Shown: positions 1 to 24,849, counted from the stretch's first letter. The stretch is 64,000 nt of DNA from the human T2T-CHM13v2.0 reference genome, Homo sapiens (GCF_009914755.1 NC_060933.1), one strand, 5' to 3'. Program-made: numbers and translations. The notes: generated by a model not told the origin, from the letters alone.

Positions 1-246
1 AGTAGTACGATCATGGCTGACTGCATCCTTGACCTCCTAGGCTCAAGCAATCCTCCCACCTCAGCCTCCAGAGAAGCTGAGACTGCAGGCATGTGCCACC
101 ATGCCCAGCTAATTTTTAATTTTTTTGTAGAGACAGGATCTCCCTATGTTGCCCAGGCTGGTCTTGAGCTCCTGTGCTCAAGCATTCCTCCTGCTTCAAT
201 CTCCCAAAACGTTGGGATGACAGGCTTGACCTACTGAACCTGGCCT
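1..246 (-). mobile_element. Alu (AluJ-like), partial at window edge
   Basis: Antisense Alu motifs ggctcaagcaatcctcccacctcagcc and ttgcccaggctggtcttga. Confidence 0.85.
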
Positions 247-384
247 AAATATTTATTTTAAATTAGCTTCATAATTAGATGAATATCAAGTTTATTCAAT
301 CTGGTATTTTTTAACAGTCTTGAGGAAGTAGTTGATATTGATTGAGCAATATAGTGCTTTCTTATTTAAATATTTAATGTTTTC

Positions 385-682
385 CTTTTTTCTTTTTTTT
401 GAGACAGAGTCTCGCTCTCTCACCGAGGCTGGGGGGCAGTGGTGTGATCTTGGCTTACTACAGCCTCCGCCTTCCAGGTTCAAGCAATCCTCCCACCTCA
501 GTCTCCTGAGTAGCTGGGACTACAGGTGTGTGCCCCCACACCCGGCTAGTTTTTGTATTTTTAGGAGAGATGGGGTTTCACCATGTTGGCCAGGCTGGTC
601 TTGAACTCCTGGCCTCAAGTGATCTGCCTGCCTCAGCCTCCCAAAGTGTTGGGATTACAGGCCAGAGCCACTACACCCAGCC
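385..682 (-). mobile_element. Alu, full length
   Basis: Poly-T followed by gagacagagtctcgctct...cccaaagtgttgggattacagg. Confidence 0.9.
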
Positions 683-749
683 ATTTTTCAAAACCCCTGT
701 TTGTTTTAATATGTGATATGTTTTCAGAACACCTGCTTATTTTAATATG

Positions 750-1134
750 TGATACGGTTTGGATTTGTGTCCCCACTCAAATCTCATGTCGAATTGTATT
801 GTAATCCCTAACGTTGGAGGAGGGGCCTGGTGGGAGGTGATGGGCCATGGGGGCGGACTTCCCCCTTGCTGTTCTTGTGACAGTGAGTTCGTTCTCATGA
901 GATCTTGTTGTTTAAATTTGTAGTACCTCTCCCACCTTCTCTCCCTCCTGCTCCAACCGGGTAAGATGTGCCTGCTTCCCCTTTGCCTTCCGCCATGATC
1001 CTAAGTTTCCTGAGGCATCCCTTGCCATGCTTCCTGTACAGCCTGTGGAACTGTGAACCAATGAAACCTCTTTTTTAAATAAATTACCCAGTCTCAGATA
1101 GTTCTTTATAGCAATGTGAGAACAGACTAATACA
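750..1134 (+). mobile_element. MST-family (ERVL-MaLR) solo LTR
   Basis: Termini TGATACGGTTTGG...GAACAGACTAATACA, with perfect 5-bp TSD ATATG (745-749 / 1135-1139). Confidence 0.9.
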
Positions 1135-1295
1135 ATATGCGAACCATTAGGAGATATATAAGGATTTAAAAACTTTAAAAAACATATCTACACATCTGTT
1201 TAAATCTTATCAGTTAAGGTAATAATGTTAACACCCCACTTGGTGTATATCTTTCCATACTTATCTTCCTATTCATAACATGTGTTCAAGCATAT

Positions 1296-1708
1296 TGATA
1301 GGATTTGGATCTATGTCTCTACCAAATCTCACGTCGAATTGTAATCCCCAGTTTTGGAGGTGGAGCCTGGTGGTAGGTGATGGATCATGGGAGCGGAGTT
1401 CTCATGAATAGGTCAGCACCATCTGCTTGGTGCTTTTCTCCTGTGAGTGAGTAAGTTCTCTTGAGATGTGATTTTTTTAAGGTGTGTGGTATCTTCTCCC
1501 TCTCTCTGTTCCTTTTGCTCTGGCCATGTAATATGCGCCTGCTTCTCCTTGGCCTTCTGCCATGATCATACGTTTCCTGAAGCAGATGCTGTGATGCTTC
1601 CTGTACAGCCTACAGAACTGTGGGCTAATTAAATATTAAATCTCTTTTCTTTATACAGTATGTAGTCTCAGGTATTTCTTTATAGCAGTACGAGAACAGA
1701 CTAATACA
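1296..1708 (+). mobile_element. MST-family 5' LTR of a two-LTR MaLR element
   Basis: TGATAGGATTTGG...ACAGACTAATACA, followed directly by MaLR internal start gaaaattggta. Confidence 0.88.
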
Positions 1709-2034
1709 GAAAATTGGTATCAAGGAGTGAAGCATTGCTATAAAGATACCTGAAAATGTGAAAGTGACTTGGGAACTGGGTAATGGGCAGAGGTTGGACG
1801 AGTGTGGAGGGCTCAGAAGAAGATAGAAGGATGAGGGAAAAATTGGACTGTCTTAGAGACTTGTTAAATTGTTGTGACCAAAATGTTGATAGTGATATGG
1901 ACAGTGAAGGCCAGGCTGAGGAGTTTTCAGATGGAGATGAGGAACTTACTGGGAACTGGAGCAAAGTCAGTTTTGTTATGTGTTAGCAAAGAGGTTGGAG
2001 GCATTATGTCTCTGCCCTGGGGACCTAGGGACTG
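1709..2034 (+). mobile_element. MST internal sequence, 5' part
   Basis: gctataaagatacctgaaaatgtg...ggaactgggtaatgggcagaggttgg...tcagatggagatgaggaactta, typical of THE1/MST internal sequence. Confidence 0.85.
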
Positions 2035-6783
<4,749 letters not shown>

Positions 6784-8098
6784 AGGATCTGTGGAAATTT
6801 GAACTTGAAAGTGATGATTTAGGGTATGTGGTGGAAGAAATTTCCAACCAGCAGAGTATTCAAGATGTGGCCTGGCTGCTTCTAACAGCCTGCATTCATA
6901 TGCATGAGCAAGGAAATGACCTGAAACTGGAACTTATTTAAAAGGGAAGCAGAGCATGAAAGTTTGGGAAATTTGTAGCCTAGCCATGTGGTAGAAAAGA
7001 AAAACCCCATTTTCAGTGGAGGAATTCAATCAGGCTGCAGAAATCTGCCTAAGTAAAGAGCAGCCAAGTGCTAATTTTTCAAGACAACGAGGAAAAGACC
7101 TTGAAGGCGTTTCAGAGAACTTTGTGGCAGCCTCTCCCATCACAGGCCCAGAGGCCTAGGAAGGAAGAATGATTTTCTTGGCTAGGCCCAGGGCCTTGCT
7201 GCACTGCACAGCTCCATGCATCCTGGAGCACTGCTCTGTGCATCCTGGCATCTCTAGCACCAGCTGGGCTCAGAAGGGCCCAGGTATAGCTTGGGCTGCT
7301 GCTTCAGAGAGTGTAAACTGTAAGCCTTGGTGGTTTACACTTGGTGTTAAGCCTGTGGATGCACAGAGTGCAGGAGTTGAGGCTTGGGAGCCTCCATCTA
7401 GATTTCAGAGGATGTATGGAAAAGCCTGGATGTCCAGGCTGAAGCCTAGTGCAGGGTTTGAGCCCTCATGGAGAACCTCTACTAGTGCAGTGCAGAGGGG
7501 AAATGTGGGGTGGGAGCCCCCCCACAGAGTCCACACTGGGGCACTGCCTAGTGGAGCTGTGAGAAGAGGGCCACTGTCTTTGAGAACCTAGAATGGTAGA
7601 TCCATTGGCAACTTGCACACTGTGCCTGGAAAAGCCACAGGCACTCAACGCCAGCCTGTGAGAGCAACTCTGAAGGCTGAATCCTGGAAAGATTTGGAAC
7701 TTTCCAAGGCCTTGGGAGCCCACTCCTTGCATCAGTGTGCCCTGGATGTGAGACATGGAGTCAAAGGAGATTATTTTGGAGCTTTACGATTTAATGACTG
7801 CCTACTGGGTTTGGGACTTGCGTGGGGCCTATGACCCCTTTCTTTTGCCCAATTTCTCCTTTCAAAGTGGAGTATTTACCCAATGCCTGTACCCCCATTA
7901 TATCTTCAAAGTAGCTAATGTGTTTGATTTTACAGTCTCATAGCTGGAAGGGGCTTGCCTTGTCTCAGATGTCACTTTGGATTTTGGACCTTTGAGTTAA
8001 TGCTGGAATGTGTTAAGACTTTGGAGGACTGTTGGGAAGGCATGATTATATTTTGTAGTGTGAGAAGGACATGAGATTTGGAGAGGCCAGGGGCAGAA
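6784..8098 (+). mobile_element. MST internal sequence, 3' part
   Basis: Resumes at gatctgtggaaatttgaacttga and ends at purine tract gaggccaggggcagaa before the 3' LTR. Confidence 0.87.
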
Positions 8099-8488
8099 TG
8101 ATATGGTTTGCCTCTGTGCCTCCCACAAATCTCATGTTGAATTGTAATCCCCAGTGTTGGAGGTGGGGCTTAATGGGAGGTGATGGATAATGGGGTGGAG
8201 TTCTCATGAATGGGTTAACACCATCCCTTGGTGCTATTCTTGTTATAGTTCTCATGAGATCTGGTTATTTAAAAGTGTATAGCACCTCACCCCTCACTCT
8301 TTTCCTCCTGCTCTGGCCATGTGAAGTGCTATATCTCCCTTCACCTTATACCTTGATTGTAAGCTTCCTGAGGCTTCCCCAGCCGTGCTTCCTGTATAGC
8401 CTGTGGAACTGTGAGCCAATTAAACCTCTTTTTTAAATAAATCACCACGTTTCAGGTATTTATGGCAATACAAGAACAGACTAATACA
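8099..8488 (+). mobile_element. MST-family 3' LTR
   Basis: TGATATGGTTTG...ACAGACTAATACA, homologous to 1296-1708. Confidence 0.88.
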
Positions 8489-9076
8489 CACACACAAACA
8501 CACACACATATATACATGCCCTTTTGGTTTACTTTAAAAAAAATAGCTTTATTGAGGTGTAGTTTGCATACCATGCAATTCATCCCTTTAAAGTATAAAT
8601 CCAGTGGTTTTTAATGTATTCACAGAGTTGTGTAACTGTCACCACAATAAATTTTAGAATATTATTATCACTGTAAGAAAGAAACCTCTTAGCCATTAGC
8701 AATCATTTCCATTTTCTCCAACCTCCCACTAGGGAGGTTCCTCCAACTGGGAAACCACGAATCTACTTTCTGTCTTTGTAGAATTACTCATTCTGGACAT
8801 TTTATGTGAATGGAATAATATAATATGTAGTCTTTTGTAGCTGCTTTCTTTCACTTAACATCATTTTTTTAGGTTCATCCAAGTTGTAGTGTGTATCAGT
8901 ACATTGTTCCTTTTTATGCCTGAATAATATTCCATTATATGGGTATACTATAATTTGTTTATTCATTCATCAGTTGATGGACATTGCATTGTTTCCACTT
9001 TTGGACTGTAATGAGTAATGCTGGTATGAACATTTGTGTATAAAATTTTGTGTGGATTTTTTAAAACTTGAGGTGA

Positions 9077-9390
9077 GGCTGGGCACAGTGGCTCATGCTT
9101 GTAATCTCAGTACTTTGGGAGGCTGAGGTGGATGGATTGCTTGAGCCCAGGAGTTTGAGACCAGGTTGGGCAACATGATGTAACCCCATCTCTAAAAAAA
9201 ATGCAAAAATTAGCTGGGCATAGTGGCACATGCCTCTAGTCCCAGCTACTTGGAGGCTGGGAGGTAGGAGGATCACTAAGCCTGGGAGGCAGAGGTTGTA
9301 GTGAGCTGAGATTGTGCCACTCCCTCTGTTGTCCAGGCTGGAGTGAGCAGCAGAGGGAGACCCTGTCTCAAAAATAAAAATTAAAAAAAA
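9077..9390 (+). mobile_element. Alu (AluJ-like)
   Basis: Sense Alu with TSD ttaaaa(c/a)ttgaggtga. Confidence 0.88.
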
Positions 9391-9762
9391 TTAAAAATTG
9401 AGGTGATAGTCACATAACATACAATTAACTATTTGAAAGTGTGCAATTCAGTGGCTTTTAGTATGTTCACAGTGTCATGCAATTATTGTGTCTCTCTACT
9501 TCCAAAATTTTTTCATCATCCCAAGAAAAATACCCATACACATTAAATAATCACTCCCTTTCCCTCTATCCCCTGGTAACCACTAATCTGTCTTCTGTCT
9601 CTATGGATTTTGCAGTTCTGGTTATGTCATCTAAAAGGTATCATATAATTTATGGTCCTTGTGACTGGCTTTTTTAACTTAGCATAATTTTTTAGGGTTC
9701 ATCCATATGGTGGTTTGTATCAGCATGTCATTCTTTTTAATGATTGAATAATACCATAGTGT

Positions 9763-10080
<318 letters not shown>

Positions 10081-10427
10081 CTAGTGTATGGATATTACCA
10101 CAGTTTGTTTACCCATTCATTAGTTCATGGACATTTGGGTTGTTTCTGCTGTTTGGATGTTATGTATAATGCTGCTAGATACACTTGTGTACATGTTCCT
10201 GTGTGGCATATTTCTGTGTGCACTATTTTTCAAAGTGGCTGTATCATTGTGGATTCCCACCAGCAGTATATGATGGTTCCACCTTTTCCACATTCAAGCT
10301 CAAAGTTACTATTATCTGTCTTTTAAGTCATCCTAATGGGTGTGAAATGATATCTTACTGTGGTTTTGATTTACATTTCCCTAATGACTAGTGGTTGTTA
10401 TGCATATTTTCATGTATTTATTGACCA

Positions 10428-10653
10428 TTTATTTATTTTTATTTATTTTTTGACATGGAGTCTTATTCTGTAACTCAGGCTGGAATGCAGTGGTTGGATC
10501 ATAGCTCACTGCAACCTTGAACTTCTGGGCTCAAGCAGTACTCCCACTCCAGTCTCCTGAGTAGCTGGGACTACAGGTGTGCACCACCACCACGCTTGGC
10601 TAATTAAAAAAAAATATTTTTTTCTATGAACTCTGCAGAGAAGAAATTAATTT

Positions 10654-10696
<43 letters not shown>

Positions 10697-10816
10697 GTAG
10701 AGATGGGGATCTCCCTGTGTTACCCAGGCTAGTCACGAACTCCTGGGCCCAAGTGATCCTCCCACCTAGGCCACCCAAAGTGCTGGGCTTACAGGTGTAA
10801 GCCACTATGCCTGGCC
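10428..10816 (-). mobile_element. Alu (AluJ-like) with expanded (TTTA)n linker
   Basis: Two antisense arms separated by ~95 nt including (ttta)n at ~10655-10696. Confidence 0.8.
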
Positions 10817-11592
10817 TCATTGGCCATTTGTATATCTTCTTTGGGGAAATATTTATTCAGATCCTTTGCCCATTTAAAAATTGGATTATTTGTCTTTTTA
10901 TTGAATTGTATGTGTTCTTTATGTATATGCTAGATACAAAACTCTTATTAGATATATTACTTGCAAACATTGTCTCCCATTCTGTGCTTTTCGCTTTCTT
11001 AATAGTATCCTTTAAAGTGCAAAAGTTTTAATTTTGATGAAGACTAATTTATCTACATATTTTTTCTTTGGTTGCTTGTGCTTTGGGCATTATAGCTAAG
11101 AAACCATTGCAAGAGTTTGTATACTTTCAGCTATTATAGTCAGATCTTTGATACATTTTTAAGTTAATTTTTGTATGTCATGTGAGGTTTTTGGTTTGCT
11201 TTTACAAAATGTATTATGTATTTTTACTTAAAATACATCTTGGATATCTCTATCAGCCAGTAGATAACTGTCATTTTTAAGTCTGTGGATAAAAGAGCGT
11301 GTTACTTTGCCAACTTGTAAACTCCCCTTCCTGGAACGATACCTCTGCAAGTCTACCTGCCATCCCTGCTGTTTGTTCCTTATTCTGTAGACCCTGTTCA
11401 AAGCAGAACTCTAGACCAATTGCTTTCAGATTTGCTTTCCCTTTTAATAAGGCACCCATCTAATTTTGAGATGAAATAATACCCTTCTTGGAACATTCAG
11501 TGACTCCTTGGAATTCATATAATAAAATGCAATTAGGGAGGGGGCACAATCTGAAATAGATCTGCCCTTTCATACTCTTTAGACTATTACTC

Positions 11593-12018
11593 TGTATTAG
11601 TCTGTTCTCGTACTGCTATAAAGAAATACCTGAGACTGGGTAATTTATAAAGAAGAGGTTTAATTGGCTCACAGTTCTGCAGGCTGTACAGGAAGCATGG
11701 TGGCACTTCTGCTTCTGGGGAAGCCCCAGGAAACCTACAATCATGGTGGAAGGCGAAAGGGAGGCAGAGACATCTTACATGGCAGAAGCAAGAGCAAGAG
11801 TGGGGAGGTGCTACACACTTTTAAAACAACCAGATTTCATAACTCCTCATTCACTTGCCATCACCAGAACAGCACAAAGAGGATGGTGCTAAAGGCTAAA
11901 GCTTTCATGAGAACTCCACCCCCATGATCCAGTCACCTCCCACCAGGCCCCACCTCCAACACTGGGGATTGCAATTCAACATGAGATTTGGGTGGGGACA
12001 CAAATCGAAACCATATCA
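11593..12018 (-). mobile_element. MST-family solo LTR
   Basis: TGTATTAGTCTGTTCTC...AAACCATATCA, the reverse complement of the MST termini. Confidence 0.88.
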
Positions 12019-12201
12019 CTCTGATAGTTTCAAGGAATATTTTTGTTGCTTTTCATTGACTTTCCAATTTATGATCCTTACTGACTTTACTACTTGGAAT
12101 TCTCTTACAAAATCTGTTTTTCACTGTTTATCCACCTTGCAATTAATAAAAGTGTCCTGTTTCACAAAATGATTAAAATTATCTATAATTTTCTCACTTA
12201 A

Positions 12202-12858
<657 letters not shown>

Positions 12859-13111
12859 AAATGAGGAATCTTGAGAAAACTTGGCAATGATATAGTTCTA
12901 TACATTGCTGCTGTTTTTCATTCCCTTTTCTACCCCCTTCTTTTCCCGACATCATTCTTCATTCTATTTCCATTTTACATGACAAATTTTGTTACTTATT
13001 TAATTATTCCCAGACTGACATTTGAGATAACAGTAAGAAAACCTTATTTTTAGTGTTATGTTTCCCTTCTAGTGGACTAATACTTTCCTTAGGTGCCTTA
13101 CCCTTCTTTTA

Positions 13112-13279
<168 letters not shown>

Positions 13280-13424
13280 CTAGAAAGCATTTAAGTTACC
13301 TTATGCATTTCAAGAACAAATAATTCCTAATAAATGTTTTAAATTGACCTTATTCCATATTTTGAGCGATTGATTTCTATCCATGCACACCTGCTTACCA
13401 TTTCCTCCACTCAATTTGTATATA

Positions 13425-13634
13425 GCTTCCTGTCCAGTATAGTTTTCACTAGCTACATGTGGGTATTTAAATGTAAATTTGTTAAAATTAAATGAATTTA
13501 AAAATTCATTTTCTCAGTTACACTAACCACATTTCACATACTCATTAGCCACATAAAGCTGATGGGTACTACAGTTGACAGTGCAGACACAGAATTCCTT
13601 CATCATCACAGAAAGTTTTATTTACTGGCACTGC
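13425..13634 (-). mobile_element. MER3-like hAT-Charlie DNA transposon relic
   Basis: ctgtccagtat...cactagctacatgtgg...catcatcacagaaagtt; ~210 bp and quasi-palindromic. Confidence 0.7.
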
Positions 13635-13706
13635 TACACTGTTTGACTTATTCCTACTTGCGGGGCTGACATTTGAAATTATTGTAAACCATTCCCTGTT
13701 TAATAA

Positions 13707-14034
<328 letters not shown>

Positions 14035-14084
14035 TAGTGGTCATTGTTGCAGAAATCTTGCAATGCCCCATAGAAGTGTTTTGT

Positions 14085-14215
14085 ATTTTTGTTTGTTTTA
14101 AAGAGATGGGGGTCTCTCTATGTTGCTTAGGCTGTACTAACTCCTGGGCTCAATGAATCCTCCTGCCTCAGCCTTCCAAGTAGCTGGGACTACAGGAGTG
14201 CAATACTGTGCTTGG
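14085..14215 (-). mobile_element. Alu monomer fragment
   Basis: ctcctgggctcaatgaatcctcctgcctcagcc. Confidence 0.7.
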
Positions 14216-14996
14216 GAGAAGTTTTAAAATTGTTTTTGGCAGTTTTGTGTGGCAAATATAAAAGTCATTTTAAGCTGAAATATTTTAAGTCAGCATCCTA
14301 TTTATGTTTTAAACACATAATATATTCACATGATAATTTTAAGTAAGAATAAAGAATATACGGTGAAAAGTAAATCTTCTCATGTCTTCCTCTCAGTTGT
14401 CCTTGGAGAGAGGCATGTACTAAAACAAGGTTCTTTGTGTGTTCTTCTAGATTTTTTATCTTATAAGCATATGTGTGCCTGTCTTCACTTTTGAAAATGT
14501 AAGTGGTAGCATCCTATGCATACTTTTTATCGTGTGTGTGTGTGTCAGGTCTTAAGTCTAGATGATTTGTGTTTTTACATTCATGTATTTTGGAAATTAT
14601 TCCATGTGGGTACCCGTAAATCTGCCTTATTTTTATTGCATAGTATTTCATTATATAGGTGTATTTTAACTTATCTACTCATCTTCTATTGAACATTTAG
14701 GCTGATTCTAACATTTTACTATTGCCAAATAGATTACAATGAGTATCTTTATTTTTGCAAATGTGCAAGTATAGCAATATGAGTAGTAGTACTGGGAGAG
14801 CACAGGTCTGTGCTTTTTAAGACTTTGATAGATTCTGCCAAATTGCCCTCCCTAAAGACTGTTCCAAATTACACATTTACCTACAGTGTATGAGAATGTC
14901 TGTTTCTCTGTCCCTCATCATTACGGCTTATCATAAAACTCATTGTAGAGCAGTATTATTAAAGATTGTAATAAAAAGTTTATTTTATTAAATTTT

Positions 14997-15189
14997 GGCT
15001 GGGTGTGGTAGTGCATGTCTGTAGTCCTAGCTACCCCGGAGGCTGAGGCGGGAGGATGGCTTGAGCCTGGGAGGTTGAGGCTGCACTATGTTGCCCAGGC
15101 TGGCCTTGAACTCCTGGGCTCAAGTGATCCTTCTGCCTCGGCCTCTGAAAGTGTGGGGATTACAGGCATCAGCCACTGCACCCACCCGG
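14997..15189. mobile_element. Chimeric inverted Alu: sense right-arm-like fragment fused to antisense left-arm fragment
   Basis: ggctgggtgtggtagtgc...gaggctgca|ctatgttgcccaggctgg...ccactgcacc. Confidence 0.8.
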
Positions 15190-15467
15190 TAATGTACTTT
15201 CTATAATGGAAATAAATTAAGAGCTTTGAGTGTAGCTATTCTGAGTTGCAAACTTATCTGTATACTTTGGATAAAAATATCTGAGCTAACATGTACTAAG
15301 AAACCTGAGCTTACTTGGAAGACTGCTTCACTTTTGCATGAAGTTAGACCCTAAGGTAATCAGAGCAATCTATAAGAATAACTTTTCTATGCATTAGTAA
15401 TAAGTTGTCACAAAAAGTAAGAGAAAAAATATCCCATCCACAGTAGCACAGAGGTATAAAATATCTA

Positions 15468-15770
<303 letters not shown>

Positions 15771-16099
15771 TTAAGAATAAAGCCACATGAGATATGAAAG
15801 CATGAAAGGCAGAATATTATAAACTACATGACCTCAAACCCTTGTACTGCAAAAGCTTAGAAATACTGACCAAATATAACAAATATCCCATTAAGGATAT
15901 AATTTAGCTCCCAAGAAAGTAAGGCGGCTCTCCCTTGGGCTAAAATGGAAAACAATTTAAAAACCAGAGTAGAAAGTAGAACTAATGCTTTAAGAACATG
16001 AGAGTTGGTGGAGGAGCAGTTGTTAATGACGTGTTACTCCTAGTGGAATAGCCTCCCACCCCCTAATAAATAGCCCAGCTAATTTATGCCATTACACAC

Positions 16100-16310
16100 A
16101 CCTAGATTTTAGTTCCAGACCTTGAGCTGTGGGACCTTGGGCAAGGCCTCTTTGAATTCCAGGTTTCTCACCTGCAAAATGGGGAAACAATAGTACCCAC
16201 CTTTTCTGGTGGCTGTATAGGTTAAGTTAAATGGAAATAACACACAATATATTGAGTGCTAACTGTGTTCCAGGGCAGTGCCCTAAGTGGTATGTATAAA
16301 TTCACTTCTC
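16100..16310 (+). mobile_element. MIR fragment(s)
   Basis: gctgtgggaccttgggcaag...ggtttctcacctgcaaaatgggga. Confidence 0.65.
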
Positions 16311-16317
16311 TTCATAA

Positions 16318-16703
16318 GGTGGACTGAATTGTGATGCCCTCCACCAAATCCCTATGTTGAAACCCCAGCTCCCAATGTGATGGTATTTGTAGATGAGGCC
16401 TTTTGGAGGTCATTTGGTTTAGATAAGGTCATGAGGGTAGGGCCTTCATGATGGGGTTAGTACCCTTATAAGAACAGCACCAGGCAGTTTGTACTCCTTT
16501 CCCGGTCTCCCCTGCATCTGGTATCAGGACACAGTGAGAGCGCAGCCATCTGCAAGCCAGGAAGTATGAGCCCTTACTGAGGAACAAAATCGGCTGGCAT
16601 CTTGATCTTGGACTTTACAGCCTCCAGAACTGTGAGAAATAAATTATTGTTGTTTAAGCCATTCAATCTATGGTGTCTTATTAAGGCAGCCTGACCTAAT
16701 ACA
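16318..16703 (+). mobile_element. MLT1A-like MaLR solo LTR
   Basis: tggactgaattgtg...cccaatgtgatggtatt...cagcctccagaactgtgagaaataaa. Confidence 0.75.
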
Positions 16704-17328
16704 TAAGGCAGCAAAGGCATTCTCACCATAAAGGCATAGGTTATAATGGCTTCCTGGTGACAAGAGACAAGGTGATGAGTCAGGTAGCTGGAAATAAGAT
16801 CCTTGCTTCCATAAAGCTAGGATTCTCAAAGGGTCATATGCTCAGTTAAAGCCTGGCCTAGAAAATATTCACAGGAAGATGAAAAGCAAGTTTATTCATC
16901 TTAGTCTGAGTTCTGGGTGGATGGGGGAAAAAGTGTCTGACTTGAGTATTCATAACCAGAGGCTTGTGCTCATGAAAGTCTGAGATTCAAATTTGTTTAA
17001 TTTACATGGTTCAGCAATCCCTAAGCCAGTAAGCTACCCCAAAAAGACAGTCCAAAGCTAGAAAACAACTTTGGGCCACACTCTCACATCAGGTTACACA
17101 AATTTCTGTGGATACAGCTACACTTTACATGAGTTCATAATGCAAAATTATAAAACCTACAAAAAAAATAGCCAACCAGAGTGTCATGATACATGACGTA
17201 GAACATAATCAGACCTTCATTAACTGGTGATAGCAGACTGAGTATAAATCAAAATGAGTATGAAATGATTATAGACATTTAAAAAGGAATCGAAAAAGAA
17301 AGGGATACTATATTTAGAAAAAAGACCA

Positions 17329-17845
<517 letters not shown>

Positions 17846-18314
17846 CTAGGGGGGAAAAAGGAGAGGAGAGGAGAGGCAATATTTAATGAGAAATGGCTGG
17901 ACTTCATGAAGTTAATTGGAAGAAAAGACAGATTATCTACAAAGGAATGACAGATTAAGACCGTAATAGTAACAATAGAGATCCTGAGAGAAATTACTAT
18001 CTAGAATTTTTTTACTAGCTAAATTATTCAAAATTGAAAGTAAAATAGACATTTCAGACAAAAATGTGAGAATGTAAGCTCAGTGATGAAAGGGATTTTT
18101 CTTTCTCCACTGCTGTATCTCTACTAACTTGAACAATCCTTGGCACATAGTAGGCATTTAGTAAGTATTTGTTGAATAAGTGAAAAATTGAACAGTCTCT
18201 CACAGTTGCTTCTGGAAGAGGGAAATTGAAATGAGAAGGAAGGATTGAGATACAAGAAAGACTATTGAGTAGAACAGTTGTTAAACATGAGTAAATGTAA
18301 ATAAATATACTTTA

Positions 18315-18600
<286 letters not shown>

Positions 18601-19049
18601 AAATAAATATACTTTATAAAACTACTATAATTTTAATTATGTCTAATATGTTACAGTTTTACAAACAAGATGGAAATAAAGTTCCTGACAACAATAGGAT
18701 GTAAAGCAGAAAGTAGAGATTGTAGTTAAAGTAGTCTAAGGTTGTGTTTTTTTTCTGGGAAGAATTTAGAGATGTGGTTTAGTTAAAATTCAGATGTAAT
18801 AAATTTCAAGGATAGGGTTTTTATTTTCTGGAATGTGATAAACTAGTTTTCTGAGGAAACTATTCTCATTCTAGTACACCTGAATATGCTATTGACAGGG
18901 ACAAAATGAGCAATTTTTTTCCTACATAGTTGAATTATTGGAAGGCCAGAAACAATAAGAAAACATGAGCAGGTGCTAAAGCCAGCATTTGCCTGTTAGT
19001 ATCTTCTGATTCCTGGTGTCTCTGAGCCGGAGTTTTAATCGTAATAGAG

Positions 19050-20930
<1,881 letters not shown>

Positions 20931-20944
20931 CAGAAAATAATTAA

Positions 20945-21213
20945 GGCTGGGTGCGGTGGCTTACACCTATAATCCCAGCACTTTCAGAGGCTGAGGAGGG
21001 AGGACCACTTGAGCTTGAAAGTTTGAGACCAGCCTGAGCAATATAATGAGACCTTGTCTCTATAAAAAATAAAAAAATTAGCCAGGCGTGGTGGCAGGTA
21101 CCTAGTCTTAGCTACTCAGGAGCCTGAGCCCTGGAGGTGGAGGCTGCAGTGAGCTGTGTTTGCACCACTGCACTTCAGCCTGGATGACACAGCAAAACCC
21201 TCAAAAAAAAAAG
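20945..21213 (+). mobile_element. Alu (AluJ-like, internally deleted)
   Basis: Sense Alu motifs and poly-A. Confidence 0.82.
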
Positions 21214-21614
21214 ATTTTAGGCGTGGAAAGAGAAAAAATTATAACCTGTAAGGGAGTCTAGGCAATGAGTACCTGGCATTTTTACTTTCTATTATATATT
21301 GTGAGATAGGCTCTTTCTCTCACCAGGTTTTCTCTGAAACTGATGATTTCTAATCCTAAGAGCCAAGGGAAAAGAGTAACAAAAACAATAACATGTCCAC
21401 ACACTGGAAAACTTATCAGTGAAAAATATACTTCATGGGATGGCAAGAAGCAACATAGGATTGTAGTTGACATGCAGCTACTATTATTATATTATTATGA
21501 TTATTAATTTTACTCTTCAAGACTCTTATTTGGTGTGAGTCTAGATCTGTTAGAAGGTCACTGATGAAAAAGGATGTGTGGGTGTCCAAGCTGATCTGAT
21601 TCATACAGCTCAAT

Positions 21615-22231
<617 letters not shown>

Positions 22232-22585
22232 AGTGTTCATGTTTATTTTTCATAGCGTTAAGGAACTGGGTGAGAATCAAAATCTGGAGGAGAGTTTAGA
22301 GTTTTCTTCATGGTTAAATTTAAAAAATTCTATAGAACAAATATATTTAGTGTGTGTAGGCCGATGGCGTTAGATTTCCATACACTCAACATTGGGGAGA
22401 AACCTCATTGGCAGTGGAGTGGCTGGTGGTACCAGCTGGGGGTCCCTTCTTTGGTCCTTTGAGTGCAGAGTCTTTGCCCTGGTTGTTCCCTGCTTTCACT
22501 ATTAGGAGAAGCCACTTGACTCATGGCTGGCAGATAGCACACCAGTTTCAGTACCTTGCTAAATTTATAGAAAACCAGTGTATTA

Positions 22586-22852
<267 letters not shown>

Positions 22853-23329
22853 CTAAAAAAGAACAGAGAATAATATATTGCATACCCATGTAGTTGCCAA
22901 CTTAATTTAACAAATGTTAATGATTTGTTACATTAGTCAAGATTAAAAAAATGGTGTACAGTGGATAAAGTTGAAATTTTCTTTACTGTCTCAATCTCTC
23001 TTTCCCAAGCTGTAGTCACTCTCAAAGTTGGTGTGCATTCCTTCCTTTTAGGGTTATTATTATTCTAAAATGTGTGCATATGTCTATTTGTCTATCATGC
23101 AGATATTCATTCTCTTATTTTTTTCTGAACGTTTTAAAGCTTTAGTGTCACATTTAGATGTTTAATCCATTTATAATTCATAATTGTGTTAGCATGAGGT
23201 AAGGGCTTAATTTTGTCTTTTTGTATGAATAACTCATCATTACTAGTTTTGTCTTTAGCAGAGTTTGTTTATGCAGGTATAAGCAAATATGAATATATAT
23301 TTTTATTTGTTCCCCTTATTTTGTATTCT

Positions 23330-24815
<1,486 letters not shown>

Positions 24816-24849
24816 CAGATCATAGCACATTCAAATCATAGCACTTGTT

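Noticed and set aside
7169-7943. ORFs in the MST internal region
   Set aside because: Short frames in decayed MaLR internal sequence, with no intact retroviral domain visible.
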